From assembly GCF_006345805.1 (NCBI RefSeq), contig NW_021826090.1:1-13701 (forward strand): a DNA stretch of 13,701 nucleotides. The letters are read 5' to 3'. The translations under genes and the position numbers were made by a program. Under the pieces are notes generated by a model. That model worked only from the letters and a program-made list of their open reading frames with translations. It did not search any database and was not told the DNA's origin. Origin of the DNA: Octopus sinensis (lineage: Eukaryota). Shown here piece by piece: positions 8,268-13,701 of the stretch. Each line of letters starts with the position of its first letter. The first letter of the stretch is position 1.

Positions 8268-8677
8268 AATTGCGTCCCCAAAGTCCATCCCCTCCTCACC
8301 GTGGTGGGGGACACTGGCAACGGGTAGTGTCAGAGCTATGCCATTGGGAACTTCAGTTCCTGGTAGGGCCACCCAAGGCGGATTGGTCTGACACCAAATG
8401 GTATTAGGGCCACAACCCGGCAGACAGGGCTCTGGTGAAAATCCTCGGAGTGTCTGTTTCGGCAACCGGCGGCTCCTCGGTCGTTCTGTCCCTGCGTCTG
8501 CAGACAATCTGTGGCAAACAGGATGTCTCTACATGCGGGATTGTTGGGGACTGCTTGTGAAATTCATATTCCCATGAAACTTCTTCCACCGCCATGGTTC
8601 GAGATGCCTCGAGGGTGGTAGAAGAAGCCAGCTCGACCTGCCCAAGGTGATTGTCGCCACAAGTACAAGTAAGTAAA
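8268..8677 (+). mobile_element. 410-bp non-autonomous RTE-derived (bipartite 5'/3') retroposon
   Basis: Perfect 11-bp TSD TATCACCAAAG (8257-8267, 8678-8688) and CAAGTACAAGTAAGT microsatellite tail. The 5' motif GAGCTATGCC...GGTAGGGCCACCCAAGGCGGA resembles BovB/Expander RTE 5' UTRs (recalled). No Pol III boxes seen. Confidence 0.75.
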
Positions 8678-8829
8678 TATCACCAAAGGTCTTAATCCTT
8701 GTCATTGCCTCTGTGAGGACCAGCATTTGGAGACCATGCTTCATGACCTTATCTCATGCCTTCATGGGTCTACGTCTTCCACAGGTTCCCTCCACAGTTA
8801 GAGCAGGTTGAATATTTTGGCTGAGTACC

Positions 8830-9060
8830 TGTCTTTTTATTACCCACAAGGGGCTAGACACAGAGGGGACAAACAAGGACAGAAATAGTTATTAAGTCGA
8901 TTATATCGACCCCAGTGCATAACTGGTACTTATTTAATCGACCCCGAAAGGATGAAAGGCAAAGTCGACCTCGGCGGAATTTGAACTCACAACGAAACGA
9001 CAGACGAAATACGGCTACGCATTTAGCCCGGTGTGCTAACGTTTCTGCCAGCTCGCCGCC
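8830..9060 (-). mobile_element. Full monomer of Nin/Deu-domain-type tRNA-derived SINE (family N) with TSD
   Basis: Head GGCGGCGAGCTGGCAGAAACGTTAGCAC and B-box GAGTTCAAATTCC. The body matches the 184-bp unit. 15-bp TSD TTTTGG(C/T)TGAGTACC at 8815-8829 and 9061-9075. Confidence 0.85.
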
Positions 9061-9102
9061 TTTTGGTTGAGTACCACTGATTTAAATGCTAAAGTGTTAA
9101 AT

Positions 9103-9170
9103 AACAAAAACAACAACAGTAGCAGCAAAAGCAGCAGTAGCAGTGGCAGCACCAGCAACTGCAGAAGTAG
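9103..9170. repeat. Degenerate (CAA)/(CAG)/(TAG) trinucleotide repeat
   Basis: Directly visible. Confidence 0.7.
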
Positions 9171-9404
9171 ATCTTGGTGCATTTTTTTGCAAACTTTCTT
9201 TTAATCCCACTATGTACAGTTTCAAATACTATGAGAGGTTTTGAGCACTAACATCTATGTATATAACTTAGAAAAGGATTAACTATATTACAGGAGATTA
9301 AACTGAAGCACATTCCACAAAGAGAGTCACTGCTTTTCCTTCCCCACTCTCTACTTTACCCTCTCTCTCATGCTTGTGTATATATATATATTTATACATG
9401 CGTA

Positions 9405-9498
9405 GGCGTAGGAGTGGCTGTGTGGTAAGTAGCTTGCTTACAAACCACATGGTTCCGGGTTCAGTCTTCTACTATAGTCTCGGACCAACCAAAGCCTT
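9405..9498 (+). mobile_element. SINE family A 5' fragment with a 28-bp internal deletion
   Basis: GGCGTAGGAGTGGCTGTGTGGTAAG...GGGTTCAGTC|TTCTACTATAG. Relative to 12435-12555 it lacks CCACTGTGTGGCACCTTGGGCAAGTGTC. Confidence 0.8.
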
Positions 9499-9827
9499 TC
9501 TTTAATCATTTTAGAAACTTTACTCTTAGCAGAGTGAACTGTATGTTGTTGACATCATTAGAATTCAGACATTTTGAGAGAACATGTGTGTACCAAAATA
9601 AGAAGTTGGATAAATTTCTGGTATTATTAAATAATTCAGTATTATTATTAAATAATAGCAAAGCAATTTTCGACTTCCTGTTTTGCAAACCATATTTCCA
9701 GAACTTTCAACTATGATATGACTCTCACGTCAATACCACAACGGCAAAAACTATGTACACTGGATTTGTAATAGCGCGAATAAAGTATTCAAGAGGCACA
9801 GCTGGGATTCTAAAACTACTACATAAT

Positions 9828-10032
9828 ATCATCATCATCATCATCTCATCGTCGTCGTCGTCGTCGTCGTCATCATCATCATCATCGTCGTCGTCATTGT
9901 CATCATCATCACCATCATCATTGTTGTCGTCATTGTCATCATCATCATCATCATCATCATCATCGCCACCACCACCACCACCACCATCATCATCATCACC
10001 ATCATCATCGACATCATCATAACCATCACCAC

Positions 10033-10070
<38 letters not shown>

Positions 10071-10151
10071 CCATCATCTTTACCATCATCATCACCATCA
10101 CCATTATCATCATCACAACCACCAAAACCACCACCACCACCACCACTACCA
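9828..10151 (-). repeat. Compound (ATC)/(GTC)/(ACC) trinucleotide array, i.e. GAT-type on the minus strand
   Basis: Directly visible. Same repeat class as 1240-2303 in the opposite orientation. Confidence 0.95.
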
Positions 10152-10640
10152 AGATAAACAGTGCGTGACCTTGCAGGTGGGGGCCCCTTCAAAAGGTCCC
10201 TGAATAAGGATTGCTTAAGGATGTTGAACGAACCACCCATGTTTCCAAAGGTGAATTATCCAAACCTCCGAGAATTCCTTTCAACACATGGCTATGATGC
10301 TCCCCCACTACTGCTGCTCATGATCAGAGATGCACATATCGTCACCTACTAAGGGATATTATTCAAAAGTCTTCAGGAAGCAAGCCGAAGAAGATTTAAC
10401 TGCAATTTCTAGCAGGTTAAGTAACCATAGGAGGCTCCCTCATTGTGGCAATGTTTTTAGGTATAGTCATTGACAGTTGTACTAGAATATCCAGGAATTG
10501 GTAAATAGGGTTTGTGTTGGGAAAATAAAATAGGGAGGCGAATGCTGAGATGTGTCATGACATGATGTGAAGGAGGAAGAAAGTTTTGAGAAGGGAAACC
10601 TTCATTAGAGAAAAGAAGGGTTATAGGAAGGACATGTTCA

Positions 10641-10978
10641 TGTGCGCTTGTGCACGCGTGTACACACACACACACACACACACACCACACACAAAGGCAC
10701 AGATGCATATGCATGTGTTTGTGGGGGGTGTGGATTTGGGGGTGTATACATATGCGAGTGTATGTATATGGTGGCAAACATGTGTATGTGTATATGTGTG
10801 TTTGTGTGTGTATGTGTGTAATGTATATATATGCATATATATATTATATTATATTATATAAATATGTATACATAAAGATTATATACCTATATACATAATA
10901 GTATATATATATGTACATCATCATCATCATCATTAATGTCTGCCTTCCATGCTGGCATGATATACACACGCATATATA

Positions 10979-11067
<89 letters not shown>

Positions 11068-11140
11068 ATATATATGTGGTGTGTGTGTGTGTGTATATAT
11101 ATATGTGTGTGTGTGTGTATATATATGATATATATATATA

Positions 11141-11172
<32 letters not shown>

Positions 11173-11233
11173 GTGGTGTGTGTGTGTGTGTATATATATT
11201 GTGTGTGTGTGTATATTATATGATATTATATAT

Positions 11234-11290
<57 letters not shown>

Positions 11291-11545
11291 TATATATATT
11301 TGTGTGTGTATATATATATGATAATATATATATATAGTATATATATATATTTGTGTGGTGTGTGTGTGTATTTATATAATAGTGTGTGTGTATATATATA
11401 TGATATATATATATATATATAATATATATATTAGATATATGTGTGTGTGTGGTGGTGTGTATATATATATGTGTGTGTGTATATCTATATATATATATAT
11501 ATATATATCACATACATACACACACACACACACATATGCATATGT
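10641..11545. repeat. ~0.9-kb compound (CA)/(TA)/(TG) microsatellite field
   Basis: Directly visible, with long (TA)n runs at ~10980-11060. Confidence 0.95.
10916..10959 (-). mobile_element. Extremely 5'-truncated RTE-type tail
   Basis: (CAT)n-TAATGTCTGCCTTCCATGCTGGCATG is the reverse complement of the terminal motif at 184-235. Confidence 0.6.
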
Positions 11546-12277
11546 GCAAGCAAACACGCAGCACACAGAAAAGCTCATAATTATATAACTATAACTTTTT
11601 TTTTCCTCAAAACACATCAGCAATGAGACTTGAAGCAAGAATCCACTAGATTGTGCCTTAACTAGATTTAGAAAGATACATAACTTAATATAGATAGACT
11701 AATTGAATAAAAAAGCAATTCAACTTCTATATATTAAAATAAATATATATTTTATTTTAATATACATTCCATGAATTGGTTATTTCCTTTATTCAGTTAG
11801 TCTATATTATATTAAATTATAAAATTATATTGCCTAAACCTAGTTAAGGAACACTATAATGGATTCCTGCCTTAAGTTGTATTCCTGATATCTTTCAAGA
11901 AATAATTATATCAATAGCTCTGAGTACAGCTGAAGTTGTTTTTGTTGGCACACTTTTTGGTTGTTATTCTACATAAGAAAATGGGGAATTTTGGATTCTG
12001 TGAAATTTCAGCCAAATTTTGGAAAACTCTTGGCTTATGGCATTGTTATTGCGAGTGTACACAGATGCCTCAAAAATAAACAGACACTCTACATTATACT
12101 GTTTTACCCGTGGGGACATTATCCGAAGCTTCAAACTTGCTAATAAATTATTATTTTTCATTTCAAATTTCAGATATATTATTATTATACTAGCTTAAAA
12201 GCCACGATCTATGCTGACTTATCTAGTTCCTGTGGAGGTCTAATTGGGCCTGTGGCTCAAAACTGAAGAAAGCTAAC

Positions 12278-12434
12278 GATTAATCTATATTTTTGCTACT
12301 TTTCATTTGTCTTGCTCGCTTACGTTTCTGATGTGCTAAATTTTTCTGGAGAACAATTCTTAGTGGTTGAGACCATAGCGGATCTTCTTCTAGCATAAGG
12401 GCTTCCACATAGTGGTTAAAAAAATTCCCTCTTA
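12278..12434. repeat. Copy 1 of a local ~156-bp direct repeat (partner at 13247-13402)
   Basis: GATTAATCTATATTTTTG...GGTTGAGACCATAG...GGATCTTCTTCTAGCATAAGGG...GTGGTTAAAAAAATTCCC(T/A)CTTA is shared between the copies. Confidence 0.9.
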
Positions 12435-12855
12435 GGCACAGGAGTGGCTGTGTGGTAAGTAGCTTGTTTACCAACCACATGGTTCTGGGTTCAGTCCCAC
12501 TGTGTGGCACCTTGGGCAAGTGTCTTCTGCTATAGCCTTGGGCCGACCAAAGCCTTGTGAGTGGATTTGGTAGACGGAAACTGAAAGAAGCCTGTCGTAT
12601 ATATGTATATATATATATATATGTATGTGTGTGTATATGTTTGTGTGTCTGTGTTTGTCACTCTAGCATTGCTTGACAACCGATGCTAGTGTGTTTACGT
12701 CCCTGTCACTTAGCGGTTCAGCAAAAGAGACTGATAGAATAAGGACTGGGCTTACAAAGAATAGGTCCCGGGGTCGATTTACTCGACTAAAGGCGGTGCT
12801 CCAGCATGGCTGCAGTCAAATGACTGAAACAAGTAAAAGAGTAAAGAGTAAAGAG
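12435..12855 (+). mobile_element. Full-length SINE family A with (GAGTAAA)n-type tail and 3-bp TTA duplication
   Basis: Colinear with 611-1027. Insertion boundaries are defined by the uninterrupted paralogous site at 13399-13414. Confidence 0.9.
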
Positions 12856-13246
12856 TTATATTTATGTATGAAATACTATTTGCTGAATCTCAGTTTTTTT
12901 ATATGCTAGACCACTGGTGTTAAAATTGATATTATCAAATTAATATCCAATTTTTCACCCTGATTTTGATTTTAATTTTAAATTAATATGTTCTCAAATC
13001 GGCGAAAACTACTGCAGTGAATTTTTTATGCATTATTTATTTCCGGTAATTTAGCAAACCTAAACGAAGACTTTTGAAAATAACCGCAAATGTAATAGGT
13101 AGAACTATATGCACTTTCGACCTCGTGTTGATATCTGGTGTGAAGTTCTGCAAATTATATTCTGCATAGACGATCATACTGACGATCTACAGATAAATTG
13201 TTTAAGTAAAATTATGTAATTTATTGATAGTGAAACAATTGTTTAT

Positions 13247-13402
13247 GATTAATCTATATTTTTGTTGCTTTTCGTTTGTTTTGCTCGCTTACCTTTCTGG
13301 TGTGCTAAATTTTTCTGAAGAACACTTCTATTGGTTGAGACCATAGTGGATCTTCTTCTAGCATAAGGGTTTCTACGTAGTGGTTAAAAAAATTCCCACT
13401 TA
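13247..13402. repeat. Copy 2 of the ~156-bp direct repeat
   Basis: Aligns end to end with 12278-12434 with one indel, and continues TATTTATGTAT as does 12859 onward. Confidence 0.9.
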
Positions 13403-13493
13403 TATTTATGTATATAAACATACTTATATATATACTATATATTATATATATATATATATTATATATATAATATATATATATATATGTATATAT
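13403..13493. repeat. (TA)n-rich microsatellite
   Basis: Directly visible. Confidence 0.85.
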
Positions 13494-13530
13494 GAAAAAA
13501 GGTTTGAAAATGCAATTTAAACAATGTTTA

Positions 13531-13573
13531 TTACTTAACCGGTTTCACTCTTGGTAAAGATTGTCAAAAGTAA
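13531..13573 (-). ncRNA. Candidate minimal type-I hammerhead ribozyme variant (Penelope-type)
   Basis: Minus strand: UUACUU-UUGACAA-UCUU(UACC)AAGA-GU-GAAA-CCGG-U-U-AAGUAA. It has a perfect 6-bp stem I, a 4-bp stem II, GAAA, a palindromic ACCGGU stem III and a U3/A8 core. A 2-nt GU insertion and U17 deviate from consensus. Confidence 0.45.
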
Positions 13574-13578
13574 CATTG

Positions 13579-13667
13579 AATATTATGGGTTCAAAAAAAG
13601 TTTTTTACATAATTGTCACATCAATATTATGAATTCAAAAATGTTTTTTTATACATAATTGTCACAT
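13579..13667. repeat. Imperfect ~44-bp tandem duplication
   Basis: AATATTATG...TTCAAAAA...TTTTTTA(TA)CATAATTGTCACAT starts at 13579 and 13623. Confidence 0.8.
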
Positions 13668-13701
13668 TACATGTATAAATATAGTATAAAAAAGTTCAAT
13701 A

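Larger units (their letters stand above)
7671..8800 (-). mobile_element. RTE-clade LINE 3' end (ORF C-terminus, 3' UTR and (TGA)n tail), split by two nested insertions
   Basis: Joining 8689-8800, 8170-8267 and 7671-7842 gives a decayed minus-strand ORF end, LTVEGTCGRRRPMKA*DKVMKHGLQMLVLTEAMT..DLW*YTVLERTCQAK*. This matches the RTE GRPRKTW...DRDLWR motif and is followed by the same UTR and tail as 84-235. Confidence 0.8.

Noticed and set aside
8270-8348. Canonical HDV-like ribozyme fold
   Set aside because: A TCCTCAC loop and CACT-GG-CAAC resemble HDV, but P1, P2 and P3 cannot all be formed without several mismatches and an over-long L3. Kept only as an unclassified structure.
9725-10240. 171-aa poly-Asp/Gly ORF and overlapping ORFs
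   Set aside because: These read through the (ATC/ACC)n repeat with a frame change inside it. There is no independent coding evidence.
10457-11638. Many Tyr/Ile/Cys/Val-rich ORFs, including those at 3393-3760 and 5718-6038
   Set aside because: Translations of (TA)n, (TG)n and (CA)n microsatellites.

Overview
AT-rich eukaryotic non-coding DNA, almost certainly cephalopod and probably Octopus. This rests on recalled SINE, RTE and MITE families, not on a database search. No complete protein-coding gene can be supported: the long ORFs in the track are readings of trinucleotide or dinucleotide repeats or of SINEs. The window is a mosaic of at least four tRNA-derived SINE families, RTE-clade LINE 3' ends with (TGA)n tails, a piggyBac-like MITE, a 184-bp tandem SINE array, a 70-bp minisatellite and very large simple repeats. 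The best leads are: (i) a candidate minimal type-I hammerhead ribozyme on the minus strand (13531-13573) with a compensatory U3-A8 core, a palindromic stem III and an adjacent AATAAA, as in Penelope pLTRs; (ii) a 410-bp, highly structured, TSD-flanked non-autonomous RTE-derived element nested with a SINE inside an older RTE 3' end; (iii) a local ~156-bp duplication that supplies the empty site of a SINE insertion and looks like an exon/pseudo-exon pair. Several splice-site-flanked exon candidates hint at a host gene but are weak.
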